This document shows positions 1 to 10,760 of a stretch of DNA of 64,000 nt, in pieces. Source of the stretch: an uncultured Actinomycetes bacterium (GTDB taxonomy: Bacteria; Actinomycetota; Thermoleophilia; RBG-16-64-13); NCBI GenBank assembly GCA_963706025.1, contig CAVPLM010000005.1:832001-896000 (forward strand), in the 5' to 3' direction. The notes under the pieces were generated by a model. It was not told where the DNA came from and ran no database searches. It was given only the letters and a program-made list of their open reading frames with translations. Both the position numbers and the translations under genes were made by a program. Every line of letters starts with the position of its first letter. Position 1 is the stretch's first letter.

Positions 1-970
1 GGAAGGGCAGGGGCTCTCCGGCGGCCACCCGGATCATGATCTCCACCAGGTCGAGCCCGGTGACGAGTTCCGTAACAGGGTGCTCCACCTGGAGCCGAGT
101 GTTCATCTCCAGGAAGTAGTAGTTCCGATCCGCGTCGACCATGAACTCGACCGTCCCGGCCGACTCATACCCCGCCGCTCGGGCCAGGGCCACCGCCTTC
201 TCGCCCATGGCCCGGCGCATGGTTTCATCGACGAGGGGCGAAGGGCATTCCTCGATCACCTTCTGGTGACGGCGTTGCAGCGAGCACTCCCGCTCTCCCA
301 GGTGGACCACGCCGCCCTGCTTGTCGGCCAGCACCTGAATCTCGATGTGCCGTGGCTCATGGATGTATTTCTCCACGAACACCCGCCCGTCGCCGAAGCT
401 GGACCGTGCTTCACTGGTGGCTCTCTCGTACCCCTCGCGGCACTCCGTGTCGCTCCAGGCGATCCGCATGCCCTTGCCGCCACCCCCGGCCGCCGCTTTG
501 AGCATCACCGGATAGCCTAGGGCCTGAGCTACTCGCACCGCGTGCTCGCCATCGCCGATCACGTCGGTGGAGCCGGGCACCGTCTTCACCCCGGCCTTAA
601 GCGCCAGCTTCTTCGAGGCGAGTTTGTCTCCCATGGTGGTAAGAGCGTGGACGGTCGGTCCGATGAAGACTATCCCCTGCTCCGAAAGGGCAGCGGCAAA
701 TGCCGGGTTCTCCGCCAGAAAGCCGTAGCCCGGGTGGACCGCCTCGGCTCCCGTCTTTTTGCAGGCCCCAATGATGCGATCTATGGCGAGATAACTCTCA
801 CTCGAAGGGGGAGGCCCGATCAAGACCGCCTCATCGGCCAGTTGCACATGCAGGGCATCCTTGTCCGCCTCCGAGTAGATCGCCACGGTGCGGAGGTTCA
901 TCCGGCGGGCCGTCCTCATCACCCGGCAGGCGATCTCACCCCGGTTGGCGATGAGGATCTTGTCGAACAC
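1..970 (-). CDS. pccA: Propionyl/acetyl-CoA carboxylase biotin carboxylase (alpha) subunit, 3' end runs off the window
   Basis: Manual translation from GTG at 970: [17 protein letters not shown]...[10 protein letters not shown]...[11 protein letters not shown]...[13 protein letters not shown]...[16 protein letters not shown]; follows pccB in the same operon. Confidence 0.93.
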   Translation of the reverse strand, partial: MFDKILIANRGEIACRVMRTARRMNLRTVAIYSEADKDALHVQLADEAVLIGPPPSSESYLAIDRIIGACKKTGAEAVHPGYGFLAENPAFAAALSEQGIVFIGPTVHALTTMGDKLASKKLALKAGVKTVPGSTDVIGDGEHAVRVAQALGYPVMLKAAAGGGGKGMRIAWSDTECREGYERATSEARSSFGDGRVFVEKYIHEPRHIEIQVLADKQGGVVHLGERECSLQRRHQKVIEECPSPLVDETMRRAMGEKAVALARAAGYESAGTVEFMVDADRNYYFLEMNTRLQVEHPVTELVTGLDLVEIMIRVAAGEPLPF

Positions 971-1004
971 CTGTGGGCTTCCAGACCGCGCTTCGTGACC
1001 GCGG

Positions 1005-2538
1005 CTACAGCGGGATGTTGTCGTGCTTACGCCAGGGATTGTCCAGCTTCTTTTCCCTCAGCATGGCCAGCGACCTGCAGATCCTCTTGCGCGTGGTATG
1101 CGGCATGATGACGTCTTCGATGAATCCTCTGCGACCGGCGACCAAGGGGTTGGCGAACTTCTGCCGGTACTCTTCGGTCAGAGCCTCGATCCGGGCGGCG
1201 TCGCCGACATCCTGGCGGAAGATGATCTCGACAGCGCCCTTGGGACCCATGACCGCGATCTCGGCTGTGGGCCAAGCCAGGTTCACGTCGCCGCGCAAGT
1301 GCTTGGAGCTCATGACGTCATAGGCGCCGCCGTACGCCTTGCGGGTGATGATGGTCACTTTGGGCACGGTAGCCTCGGCGTAGGCGAACAGCAACTTGGA
1401 GCCGTGCTTGATGATGCCCCCATGTTCTTGGGCCGTGCCGGGGAGAAAGCCGGGCACGTCGACGAAAGTGACTATGGGTATGTTGAAGGCGTCGCAGAAG
1501 CGGACGAAGCGGGCCCCCTTGATAGAGGACCTGATATCCAGGCAGCCGGCCAGGACCAAGGGCTGGTTGGCAACGATCCCCACCGTCGACCCCTCCATGC
1601 GCCCGAAGCCGACGATGAGGTTCTCCGCGTAGCCGGGCTGCAGCTCGAAGAAGTCCTCCTGGTCCACCACTTTGAGGACCAGCTCCTTCATGTCGTAGGG
1701 TTGGTTGGGGCTGTCGGGCACGAGGCTGTCCAAGGACATCTCCAGGCGGTCCGGCGGATCGGGGGTCGGGCGGACCGGCGGCTTCTCCCGGTTGCTCGCC
1801 GGGAGGAAGTCCATGAACCGGCGAAGCATGAGCAGCGCCTCGACGTCGTTATCGAAGGCCCCGTCGGCCACCCCCGACTTGGTGGAATGCGTGACCGCGC
1901 CACCGAGCTCGTTGTGAGTGACCACCTCGTGGGTGACGGTCTTCACCACCTCCGGCCCGGTGACGTACATGTACGAGGTGTCTTTGACCATGAAGATGAA
2001 GTCCGTCATGGCCGGCGAGTAGACCGCCCCTCCGGCGCAGGGGCCCATGATCACCGAGACCTGAGGGATGACCCCCGAAGCCAGCACATTGCGCTCGAAC
2101 ACATCGGCGTAACCCGCCAGCGACGCCACTCCCTCCTGGATGCGGGCGCCGCCGGAGTCGTTCAGTCCGATGATCGGAGCTCCCACGTTCATGGCATGGT
2201 CCATGACCTTGCAGATCTTCTCGGCGTGGGCCTCGGAGAGCGCACCGCCGAACACGGTGAAATCCTGGCTGAACACGAACATCACCCTGCCGTTTATGGT
2301 GCCGTACCCCGTCACCACCCCGTCACCGGGGATGGCCTGACTCTCCATGCCGAAGTCCGTGCACCGGTGCTCCACGAACATGTCCCATTCCTCGAAACTC
2401 TCGGGGTCTAGGAGCAGCTCGATACGCTCGCGGGCGGTGAGCTTGCCGCGGGCGTGCTGGTCGCTCGATGCGCTTCTCGCCACCGCCGAGCCGCGCCGCT
2501 GCACGCTTCTCGTCCAACTTCTTGAAAATGTCGTGCAC
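1005..2538 (-). CDS. pccB: Propionyl-CoA carboxylase carboxyltransferase (beta) subunit; one extra base near 2460
   Basis: GTG 2538 with G-rich RBS gives [25 protein letters not shown], then a frame change to [14 protein letters not shown]; motifs [39 protein letters not shown]. Confidence 0.93.
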
Positions 2539-2597
2539 CGGTCTCCCCCCTCCGGCCTCGTCCGCGGAGCCGCCTCGGCGACAGTGGCACCTAGTCC

Positions 2598-4751
2598 CTA
2601 GGTGTGCGCCCGACGCTCGCGGATCAAGCGCAGGATCTCCCTGGCAGCACTAGGGATCTTGGTTCCCGGACCGAAGATAGCAGCTACTCCCGCCCGCTGC
2701 AGCATGTCGTAGTCCTGCACCGGGATGATACCCCCGCACACCACGACGATGTCCTCGCCGCCACCCGCGTGCAGCGCCTCGAGGAGCTGCGGCACCAGGG
2801 TCCGGTGCCCCGCGGCCAGCGAGGACACACCCACCACGTGGACGTCGTTCTCCAAGGCCTGTCGGGCCGCTTCTTCCGGCGTCTGGAACAGCGGACTGAT
2901 ATCAACGTCAAAGCCGATGTCGGCCAGGGCGCTGGCTATCACTTTGGCGCCCCGGTCATGCCCGTCCTGGCCCAGCTTTACCACCATGATGCGCGGCCGC
3001 CGCCCCTCCGATACTGCAAAGGCTTCTACTTCTTTCTGGATCTCCATGAATGCCTCGTCCCCCTCGTAGGCGGAGCCGTAGACCCCCGTGATCGACCTCA
3101 CCTCGGCGCGGTGGCGGGTGAACACCCGCTCGAGGGCCAGGGAGATCTCTCCCACCGTGCCTCGGGCGCGGGCGGCGTCGATGGAGAGGGCCAGCAGGTT
3201 GCCCTCTCCGGTGGCCGCCGCCGCCGTCAGCGCTTCAAGGGCGGCAGCGCAGGCGCCGGGGTCACGGCCGGCCCTTACCTGCTGCAGGCGACAGATCTGT
3301 TTCTCACGTACCGCGGTGTTGTCGATATCAAGGAGGGTGACGGGCGTCTCCTCCGCGGGCGGATACTTGTTCACTCCCACCACCACGTCCTCACCGCGAT
3401 CGATCCGCGCTTGTCTTCGGGCGGCGGATTCCTCGATGCGAAGCTTGGGCAGGCCCGCTGCCACCGCCTTTGTCATGCCTCCCAGCTCCTCCACCTCCTC
3501 GATCAGCCTGCGGGCCTCCAGGGCAAGATCATGGGTCAGACGCTCCACATAGTAGGAGCCGCCCAGCGGGTCCACCACCCGGGTGATCCCTGTCTCCTCC
3601 TGGAGGATGAGTTGGGTGTTGCGAGCGATGCGGGCCGAGGAATCAGTGGGGAGAGCCAAGGCTTCGTCGAAGGAGTTGGTGTGCAGCGACTGCGTGCCGC
3701 CGAGAACGGCCGCCAAGGCTTCGATGGTGGTGCGTACGATGTTGTTGTGCGGGTCCTGGCTGGTCAGGCTCACCCCGGAGGTCTGGCAGTGCGTGCGCAG
3801 CATCAGCGACTCCGGCCTTTGGGGCCGGAAGTGCTCCTGCATCAGCTCGGCCCAGAGTAGTCGGGCTGCGCGCAGCTTGGCGATCTCCATGAAGAAGTTC
3901 ATGCCCATCCCCATGAAGAACGAGAGCCTGGGCGCGAACTCGTCCACCTGCAGCCCGGCTCGAACCGCCGCCCGTACGTATTCAAGACCATCGGCCAGCG
4001 TGTAGGCCAGCTCCTGAAGACAGGTGGCCCCCGCCTCCTGCATGTGATAGCCGGAGATGGAGATGGGGTTGAATCGAGGCATATGGCGCGCCGTGAAACC
4101 TATGATGTCGGCTACGATCCTCATCGAGGGTTCCGGCGGGTAGATGTAGGTGTTCCGGACCATGAACTCCTTGAGGATGTCGTTCTGCAGGGTGCCGGAG
4201 AGTTGCTCCGGTCTCACCCCTTGTTCCTCGGCCGCCACCACGTACATGGCCATGACCGGCAGTACCGCCCCGTTCATGGTCATCGATACGGACATTTGCT
4301 CGAGCGGGATCTGGTCGAAAAGGATCTTCATGTCCTCGACGCTGTCGACAGCCACCCCCGCCGTGCCGACATCGCCGATCACCCGGGGGTGGTCGGAGTC
4401 GTAGCCACGGTGGGTGGGAAGATCGAAGGCGACCGAGAGCCCCACCTGACCCGCCGCCAGATTCCTGCGATAGAAGGCGTTCGACTCCTCGGCCGTGGAG
4501 AACCCCGAGTACTGGCGGATCGTCCAGGGGCGCCAGGCGTACATGGTGGCACGGGGCCCACGCACATACGGGGGAAGACCCGGCAGGCTCTGCAGATGGC
4601 CTACCTCGTCTAGATCGGCAGCAGTGTAGAGGGGTCGGACGGCGATACCTTCGGGACTCTGCCAGGCAAGGTCGGCCTGCGACCGGCCCCTGGTCTCCGA
4701 CTCTACGAGAGCCGCCCAGTCGTCAATGCTTCTCTTGGGAAACTCCGTCAT
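2598..4751 (-). CDS. scpA: Methylmalonyl-CoA mutase, single chain with C-terminal B12-binding domain
   Basis: [38 protein letters not shown]; cobalamin DxHxxG motif QDGHDRG; GVSSLAAGH. Confidence 0.96.
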   Translation of the reverse strand: MTEFPKRSIDDWAALVESETRGRSQADLAWQSPEGIAVRPLYTAADLDEVGHLQSLPGLPPYVRGPRATMYAWRPWTIRQYSGFSTAEESNAFYRRNLAAGQVGLSVAFDLPTHRGYDSDHPRVIGDVGTAGVAVDSVEDMKILFDQIPLEQMSVSMTMNGAVLPVMAMYVVAAEEQGVRPEQLSGTLQNDILKEFMVRNTYIYPPEPSMRIVADIIGFTARHMPRFNPISISGYHMQEAGATCLQELAYTLADGLEYVRAAVRAGLQVDEFAPRLSFFMGMGMNFFMEIAKLRAARLLWAELMQEHFRPQRPESLMLRTHCQTSGVSLTSQDPHNNIVRTTIEALAAVLGGTQSLHTNSFDEALALPTDSSARIARNTQLILQEETGITRVVDPLGGSYYVERLTHDLALEARRLIEEVEELGGMTKAVAAGLPKLRIEESAARRQARIDRGEDVVVGVNKYPPAEETPVTLLDIDNTAVREKQICRLQQVRAGRDPGACAAALEALTAAAATGEGNLLALSIDAARARGTVGEISLALERVFTRHRAEVRSITGVYGSAYEGDEAFMEIQKEVEAFAVSEGRRPRIMVVKLGQDGHDRGAKVIASALADIGFDVDISPLFQTPEEAARQALENDVHVVGVSSLAAGHRTLVPQLLEALHAGGGEDIVVVCGGIIPVQDYDMLQRAGVAAIFGPGTKIPSAAREILRLIRERRAHT

Positions 4752-4822
4752 TCCACCGTTTTCTCTTGCTCAGGACCCAAGTGCCGCGCATGGCCGCCGG
4801 GCCGGCATCATACCACCTGGAG

Positions 4823-4936
4823 CTCGTTTCAGAATGACGCTTTGCCGACAGGGTGCGATCGGCACGAGTGAGGCGAGGACAATGGATCGCTCCGCCCAGC
4901 GCGGACGAGGCGGCCGCGACTTCATTCTGAAACGAG
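4823..4936. mobile_element. MITE/REP-like element copy 1 with 15-bp perfect terminal inverted repeats
   Basis: CTCGTTTCAGAATGA (4823-4837) ... TCATTCTGAAACGAG (4922-4936); related copy at 10761-10921. Confidence 0.65.
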
Positions 4937-5064
4937 TGTTAGTCCACTGCCCAGCCACCGTCCTCCGCCGGCGTGACCGGTCATGTCGCTCGAAGCACGC
5001 GACGCCGGGAACGCCACCGGCCCGGATCGGCCCTCTTGCGTCGCCGAGTCGGCGCGTCGGTTAC

Positions 5065-5099
5065 CAGGAATGAGAGAAACGTGCAAGAATTCGTCCGAA
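5065..5099 (+). repeat. 35-bp direct repeat, copy 1
   Basis: CAGGAATGAGAGAAACGTGCAAGAATTCGTCCGAA; 33/35 identical to 6285-6319. Confidence 0.85.
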
Positions 5100-5219
5100 A
5101 CTCCGAGTACCTGGCTATGGGCGGCGACGCCTTGGCCCGCGGAGGACCGAACCAGGAGAAATCCATGCAGGCGATGGAGAGCTTCCTCGAACTACTCTGA
5201 TGCCTACCGGGCCTGAGCG

Positions 5220-6266
5220 ATGCTTCGCGACTCCTACGATGTCGTCATAGTGGGAGCCGGGGTGGCCGGATGCGCAGTCGCCCTTTCTCTGCCGCCCGGC
5301 ACCCGCGCTCTTATCGTGGACCGCGCCGGTCCGGAGTCCGAGCGGTGCTGCGGGGGGCTTCTCGCGCCCGACGCCCAGGCAGCTTTGGCCGCGCTGGGAT
5401 TGAGACTCCCCGACGACCTGCGCGTTCGACCCGAACCACGGTTCGTCCACGTACACGACCTTGACAATCGTCGCCACCAGACCTATCGCCGCGACTATCT
5501 CAATCTGGACCGCCCCCGCTTTGACGCCTGGCTGCTCGCTCTGGCCGGAGAACGGGCCGAAGTGAGCAGGCAAACCAGGTTCGTCGGTGCCGGTTCTGGG
5601 CCTGGTGAGGTACGGCTGAGGCAGGGCACTCGAGCGGCGGTGGTTCAGACCAGGTTGCTGATCGGCGCCGACGGCGCGAGTTCCACCGTGCGGCGGTATT
5701 TCTTCCCGGACCGTCCCGGCCCGCCTACCATGGTGGCCCGTCAGGTGACGCTCGCCTATCCAGAGCAATCCCAGGCCGGTCTCGAGGCCCACGAAGTCCT
5801 TTTCGCGAGTGCTCTCACCGACTTCTACGCCTGGGCCATCCCCAAGGGTGAGACCATGCTCATCGGTTGCGCTTTCGAGGAGACGGAAGGCGCCAGGGCC
5901 CGTTTCGAGCAGATCCTCGCCTGGTACGGGGAGCAGCTTGGACTCGATGGGAAGATCCTGGGCCGCTCTGCACGACGCTTGTCACGACCGCGAAGACGAG
6001 CCGAGCTGTTTCCCGGCCGGGCGGGCGTCCTGCTCATCGGCGAGGCCGCCGGACTCGTCAGCCCTTCGAGCGGTGAAGGCATCTCCTATGCGTTGCTGAG
6101 CGGCCTGGCCTTGGGTCGAGCCATCGCCACCGACAGCCCGGAAACGGCATACAGGCGGGCCTTTGTGCATCTCGAGCGTCGAGTGGCGGCAAAGACGCTC
6201 AAGGCCAAGGTCATCTACTCCCCCCGCCTTCGGTCTTTGGCCTTGCGCTTTCCCTGGTACCCATAG
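5220..6266 (+). CDS. FAD-dependent oxidoreductase, geranylgeranyl reductase/CbrA-like
   Basis: N-terminal VVIVGAGVAG Rossmann motif, CCGGLL, DRPRFDAWL, IGADGASS, IGEAAGLVSPSSGEGISYA. Confidence 0.85.
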   Translation: MLRDSYDVVIVGAGVAGCAVALSLPPGTRALIVDRAGPESERCCGGLLAPDAQAALAALGLRLPDDLRVRPEPRFVHVHDLDNRRHQTYRRDYLNLDRPRFDAWLLALAGERAEVSRQTRFVGAGSGPGEVRLRQGTRAAVVQTRLLIGADGASSTVRRYFFPDRPGPPTMVARQVTLAYPEQSQAGLEAHEVLFASALTDFYAWAIPKGETMLIGCAFEETEGARARFEQILAWYGEQLGLDGKILGRSARRLSRPRRRAELFPGRAGVLLIGEAAGLVSPSSGEGISYALLSGLALGRAIATDSPETAYRRAFVHLERRVAAKTLKAKVIYSPRLRSLALRFPWYP

Positions 6267-6284
6267 ACACCACGCCCCGCGCCA

Positions 6285-6319
6285 CAGGAATAAGAGAAAC
6301 GTGCAAGAATTCATCCGAA
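6285..6319 (+). repeat. 35-bp direct repeat, copy 2
   Basis: CAGGAATAAGAGAAACGTGCAAGAATTCATCCGAA; 33/35 identical to 5065-5099. Confidence 0.85.
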
Positions 6320-6367
6320 GAAAGAAACCCTGGTGCCGCTGTTTTGGGGAAGGAGCACCGAATACAC

Positions 6368-7129
6368 ATGACCGAGACCGAACGTACCCTGGCCGTCTTC
6401 ATCGATTTCGAGAACCTGGCCATCGGTTTCAAGCACCGGCGCGGCGAGTTCGACATCCACAAGATCCTCGAGCGCCTGGTGGAGAAAGGCAAGGTCATCG
6501 TCAAGAAGGCCTACGCCGATTGGGGGGAATACAAGCAGTACACCAAGCCGCTACATGAGAACGCCATCGAGTTGATCGAGATCCCGCGGCGCTCTATGAC
6601 CGGCAAGAACTCGGCCGACATCCGTCTGGCCGTGGACGCCATGGACCTAGCCTGGTCGAAGGAGCACATCGACACCTTTGTGATCGTGTCCGGCGATTCC
6701 GATTTCTCGCCGCTGGTCTCGAAGCTCAAGGAGAACGGCAAGCATGTGATCGGCCTGGGCATGAAGGAGTCGACCTCCGATCTGCTGGCCGGCAATTGCG
6801 ATGAGTTCATCTTCTACGAAGACCTGGAGAAGCAGCCCGCCGCCGCTCCTCCTGGCCCGCAGGCGGTGGATATCCCTCCGGAGAAGAAGGAGGTCTTCGA
6901 CCTGCTGCTGGAATCGATCGCCGCCCTCATCCGGGAGAACAAGGACCCCATCTTCGCCTCCATGGTCAAGGACACCATGCAGCGCAAGAAGCCGTCGTTC
7001 AACGAGTCTGCCTACGGCTATCGCAGCTTCAGCAGTCTGCTCGTGGACGCCGAGAAGCGCAAGTACATCAAGCTGCACCGCGACAAGAAGGCCGGCTGGA
7101 CGTACGTCGTGGAGGGCTTCGTCGAGTAG
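6368..7129 (+). CDS. NYN domain (LabA/DUF88) protein with C-terminal OST-HTH/LOTUS-like domain
   Basis: AVFIDFEN, GKNSADIRLAVDAM, VSGDSDFSPL, CDEFIFY; C-terminal PSFNESAYGYRSFSSLL; AAGGAG upstream of ATG 6368. Confidence 0.9.
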   Translation: MTETERTLAVFIDFENLAIGFKHRRGEFDIHKILERLVEKGKVIVKKAYADWGEYKQYTKPLHENAIELIEIPRRSMTGKNSADIRLAVDAMDLAWSKEHIDTFVIVSGDSDFSPLVSKLKENGKHVIGLGMKESTSDLLAGNCDEFIFYEDLEKQPAAAPPGPQAVDIPPEKKEVFDLLLESIAALIRENKDPIFASMVKDTMQRKKPSFNESAYGYRSFSSLLVDAEKRKYIKLHRDKKAGWTYVVEGFVE

Positions 7130-7133
7130 GGGG

Positions 7134-7655
7134 TTACTGCTTCAGCTGCGCAGGTGCGACCCTTCCGCAGCAACCCCCTACTCTCCTGATCTTTACTTCA
7201 GCTGCGCGCCAGAAGCCCACTGCGCTACGTCCGGTGACCAAGGGCGGCTCGTGAGACGCGGCGTTCGCACGCTGCGCAACCACCACCACCGGTCCCCACC
7301 CTATTCCGTCCCGTGTCTCATAGCCGCTTGAAGGAGGAATCGCACCTGCGCAGCCGGGACAAGGGGCTGTGAGACGCGGACCGCACTCCTCCGGCGAGGG
7401 TACGGGCTCGCCTACCGCAGCCAGGAAGAAGTAGGCCGACGTGTCGCCGAGGAACTTGAAGTTCCTCTTGAGGTCGGCGACCGTTGCGGCGAAGTCCGGG
7501 TGCGATCCCAGGTATCCGGCGAATCCGCCGGGGGCCCGGTCCAATTCCAGCAGTCTGCCGGCGTTTTCCACGATGCCCTCGAGCTTGCGATGATTCCTGA
7601 TCACCCGCCGGTCTGCGGAGAGACTGTCGACATCGGCGGGTCGCACGTCGTCCAT
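7134..7655 (-). pseudogene. N-terminally truncated DNA-3-methyladenine glycosylase I (Tag)-like ORF
   Basis: DVDSLSADRRVIRNHRKLEGIVENA and DLKRNFKFLGDTSAYFFL resemble the C-terminal half of Tag-like proteins; N-terminal half absent; tail after VGEPVP looks non-homologous. Confidence 0.55.
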
Positions 7656-7678
7656 GTCGTCCCCTTGTTCCGCATTTC

Positions 7679-9793
7679 CTACTTCCCGTACTGATCCCGC
7701 AAGAGACGCCGCATGACCTTGTTGGACGCCGTCCTCGGGAGCGCGTCTACGAGTACCACGTCGTGGACCTTGAACAGCGGATTGAGACCCGTCGCGATGG
7801 CCCGTTGCATGGCCTTCTTGAGGGATCCCGTCTCGAGTGACGCGTCGGGAAGCGGCACCGCGTACACCACCAACAGGCTGGGTCCCCCTTCGGGTGGGTT
7901 GAAAGCCACCGCCGCCGTTTCGAGGACGCCTTGCACGGATGCAAGCGAACGTTCGATCTCCGAAGAGCTCACCTTGATGCCGCCCAAGTTCATCGTATCG
8001 TCAGCGCGACCGTGCCCGCGATAGTAGCCGCCCGGTAGCTCCTCGACTTCGTCTCCGTGTCTTCGCAGGAGCTCTCCTCCGGGTCCGGGGGGAGTCCCTT
8101 TGTAGTACAAGTCGTGGTGGTCGATGTTGAGAAGGGTGTTCGAAAGACCGATCGAGGGCGGGACGATGAACAGCTCCCCACTCTTGGCCGGTTGCCCGTG
8201 CTCATCCAGGATGCAGAAATCGAGACCGAAGGCGGGGCTGGAGAAGGTCGCCGGTGAGGCCGGACGAACGATCGTGCCCGACATATACCCGCCGCCGATC
8301 TCCGTTCCTCCGCAGTATTCGACGACCGGGCGGTACCCGGCGAGGGACATGAGATATAGGTAATCATCCGCGTTCGAGCACTCTCCGGTGGAGCTGAAAA
8401 GCTTGATCGCCGACCAGTCGAGACCGCGGACCGTGTCCGTGTTCCGCCATGCTTTGACGAGGCTCGGGACCAGACCGAGCATCGCGACGCGGGTGTCCTG
8501 CACGAACTCGCAGAACTCCCGAGTGACCGGAGATCCATAGAAAAGGGCCATGGTCGCGCGGTTCAGCAGGCTCGCGTAGAGAAGCCAGGGCCCCATCATC
8601 CAGCCGATGCTCGTCGGCCAAGCGACGACTTCGCCGGGCTTGATGTCCTGGTGAAGCGAGCCGTCCATCGCGCACTTGATCGGCGTTGTGTGGGTCCAGG
8701 GGATAGCCTTCGGGTCACCGGTCGTCCCCGACGAAAACAAGATGTTCGTCACGTCGTCGGGGTCGCAGGCGACAGGTTCGAAGGTATCGTCATCCGCGAT
8801 GAAATCATCCCAGGTCACATCGTGTTCGCGAAGCGTCACCCCCTCCGCCGCTCCGGAAGAGACGACGATCGCCCGCTCGACTCCGGCCTCCACGACCTTC
8901 TGGTACATCGGCAGCGTCTTGCCTGCTCGAAGCATGACGTCCTCTGTGACAGCGACGCCGGCCGACGATATCCTCACACGCGTCTCGATCTCGTGGGGAG
9001 CAAAGCTGTCCGCGATGGAGGCGACGACATACCCGGCCTTGATGACCCCGAGATAGGCCGCTACGGCCTCCAGAGTCATCGGCATCACGATGGCGACGCC
9101 GGCGCTCCGGGGCAGGCCCGACGCGACCAGGCCCCTGGCGAACCGATTCGAGAGCCGGTCGAGCTCGCCGTAGGTCGTTACCTCGGTCCTGCCGCCCTCC
9201 GGTTGGTGCAGGATGGCGGGAGCGTCGGCAGGCGCCTGGAAGCAGCTCTCGGCGATGTTCAGTCGCGCTCCAGGAAGCCAACGCGGCGACTCGATGCCCA
9301 TCCGGAGATCGACCACGGCGGACGGGCGTTTCTTGAACTTGATACCTAGGGAGTCGATCATCTGCTCCCAGAACGCCTCCCGATGGTCCGCGGACCACCG
9401 ATGAAGCTCGTGTACCGAAGCAAGCCCCGCTCTTCTTGCGAACGCAGCGATGTTCGACGCCGAAATCTCGCGCTCGGTGGGCGTCCACGCAGGGGGCGGG
9501 CCCTGCGAGACATCCCAGTCGCTGAAGATCAGTCCGTATAGGTGCCTGTGCACCGCGAAGGGCATATCGGGAGAGAGAACGTCGCGCGACACGCGGCCCC
9601 ATAGCTCACCCGCCGGCACGTCCCAGCCCAACAGACCGAGCTTCTGGGCCGTTTCGCGTGCGGATTCAGGTGCGAGTCCCAGGGTACGAAGGGTTTCCTC
9701 AGAGATCTCCAGCGGCAGAAGGCCCCCCCTTGCCGAGCAGGTCGCCAGGTAGGGGCCGATGGTAACAGACTCGCCGAGGTTCCGGAAGTCCAT
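7679..9793 (-). CDS. Acyl-CoA synthetase (AMP-forming, acetate--CoA ligase-like); start could be 9844
   Basis: ILFSSGTTGDPKAI AMP-binding loop, YCGGTEIGG, GRADDTMNLGGIK, LPRTASNKVMRR. Confidence 0.9.
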   Translation of the reverse strand: MDFRNLGESVTIGPYLATCSARGGLLPLEISEETLRTLGLAPESARETAQKLGLLGWDVPAGELWGRVSRDVLSPDMPFAVHRHLYGLIFSDWDVSQGPPPAWTPTEREISASNIAAFARRAGLASVHELHRWSADHREAFWEQMIDSLGIKFKKRPSAVVDLRMGIESPRWLPGARLNIAESCFQAPADAPAILHQPEGGRTEVTTYGELDRLSNRFARGLVASGLPRSAGVAIVMPMTLEAVAAYLGVIKAGYVVASIADSFAPHEIETRVRISSAGVAVTEDVMLRAGKTLPMYQKVVEAGVERAIVVSSGAAEGVTLREHDVTWDDFIADDDTFEPVACDPDDVTNILFSSGTTGDPKAIPWTHTTPIKCAMDGSLHQDIKPGEVVAWPTSIGWMMGPWLLYASLLNRATMALFYGSPVTREFCEFVQDTRVAMLGLVPSLVKAWRNTDTVRGLDWSAIKLFSSTGECSNADDYLYLMSLAGYRPVVEYCGGTEIGGGYMSGTIVRPASPATFSSPAFGLDFCILDEHGQPAKSGELFIVPPSIGLSNTLLNIDHHDLYYKGTPPGPGGELLRRHGDEVEELPGGYYRGHGRADDTMNLGGIKVSSSEIERSLASVQGVLETAAVAFNPPEGGPSLLVVYAVPLPDASLETGSLKKAMQRAIATGLNPLFKVHDVVLVDALPRTASNKVMRRLLRDQYGK

Positions 9794-9979
9794 CGAGCCT
9801 CGGGCAACAGTCGGCTGGTGCTCCGCTGTGGCTGAAGGGCACACGATTGCCTGTAACCGCGACTTGCGGCGGAAATGGGAGCACGGTGTCCGAAGTCCTT
9901 GCCTCAGCTCCCGATGCTAAGATGACTGCAAAAGCGGCCACGGAAGGGCCCGCCGACCTCTACCCCAAGCGGAGAAGAT

Positions 9980-10687
9980 ATGGCGCAAGAGAATCAAGAC
10001 ACGAAACAAGACACCAAACGTGGGAAGGGCGCAACCGCGAAGGCTGAGGCGACCCCCGCGACTGAACCGACCCGCACAAAGGCCGCATCCCGCCAGAAGG
10101 GCGCCACCTCCAAGAAGGATGCCACCCCAGAGAAGGTGGCAACCGGCAAGCCCACGCCCGGACGGGAGCCCGGCGGGGCCGCCGGCGGAGCCCACGGCCC
10201 CGCGACCCGGACACCGGAACCGGCGACCCAGCGCAACCCGCGGCGGCAGCCGAAGGAAGAACCCTTCGCAGAGAACCCCATCCACCGGAAGCTCGGACTC
10301 CGATCTGGGACCATCGGACTGGTAGTCGCCCCTCCGGAAGACGACGACAACCCATTGCTGCCGCTGCCGGACGGCTTCAGAATGCTGACCGATGCAGATG
10401 CCGTCTCATCGTTCGAAGGCCAGGTCGACTACCTGCACTTCTTCGCCCGCAACCGGGGAGAACTGGCGCGGGTGCTCGCCTCACTGCGCGACAAGTTGGC
10501 GCCTGGAGGCAGCCTCTGGATCTCTTGGATCAAACAGTCGTCATCCCGCCGGGGTGAAGGGTTGCAGGGAGACCTGAACGAGAACGTGATCCGCCGGCTC
10601 GCGCTCACGAGCGGACTGGTGGACGTCAAGGTCGCGGCTCTCGACCATGATTGGTCGGCCCTCAAGCTGGTGCGCCGCAAGCACTAG
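9980..10687 (+). CDS. DUF3052-like protein with long basic/disordered N-terminal extension
   Basis: KLGL...LAPGGSLWISWIK...DLNENVIRRLAL.SGLVDVKVAALDHDWSALKLVRRK. Confidence 0.7.
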   Translation: MAQENQDTKQDTKRGKGATAKAEATPATEPTRTKAASRQKGATSKKDATPEKVATGKPTPGREPGGAAGGAHGPATRTPEPATQRNPRRQPKEEPFAENPIHRKLGLRSGTIGLVVAPPEDDDNPLLPLPDGFRMLTDADAVSSFEGQVDYLHFFARNRGELARVLASLRDKLAPGGSLWISWIKQSSSRRGEGLQGDLNENVIRRLALTSGLVDVKVAALDHDWSALKLVRRKH

Positions 10688-10760
10688 CTCGAGCCGCTGG
10701 CGGCCGCCTCTCCGGGGCCGCCCGCCCACGACCGTGCAGTCGTCTAACCGGCGGTCTTGG

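Noticed and set aside
4752-5060. Possible cobalamin riboswitch upstream of the B12-dependent mutase
   Set aside because: No B12-box or GGGAA/ACTG core visible; the region is occupied by the MITE-like element
5065-6319. 35-bp repeats as a CRISPR array
   Set aside because: Only two copies 1.2 kb apart with a gene between them; no cas genes
6368-7129. NYN nuclease as an anti-phage defence system
   Set aside because: Common LabA-type NYN + OST-HTH architecture with no defence-associated neighbours
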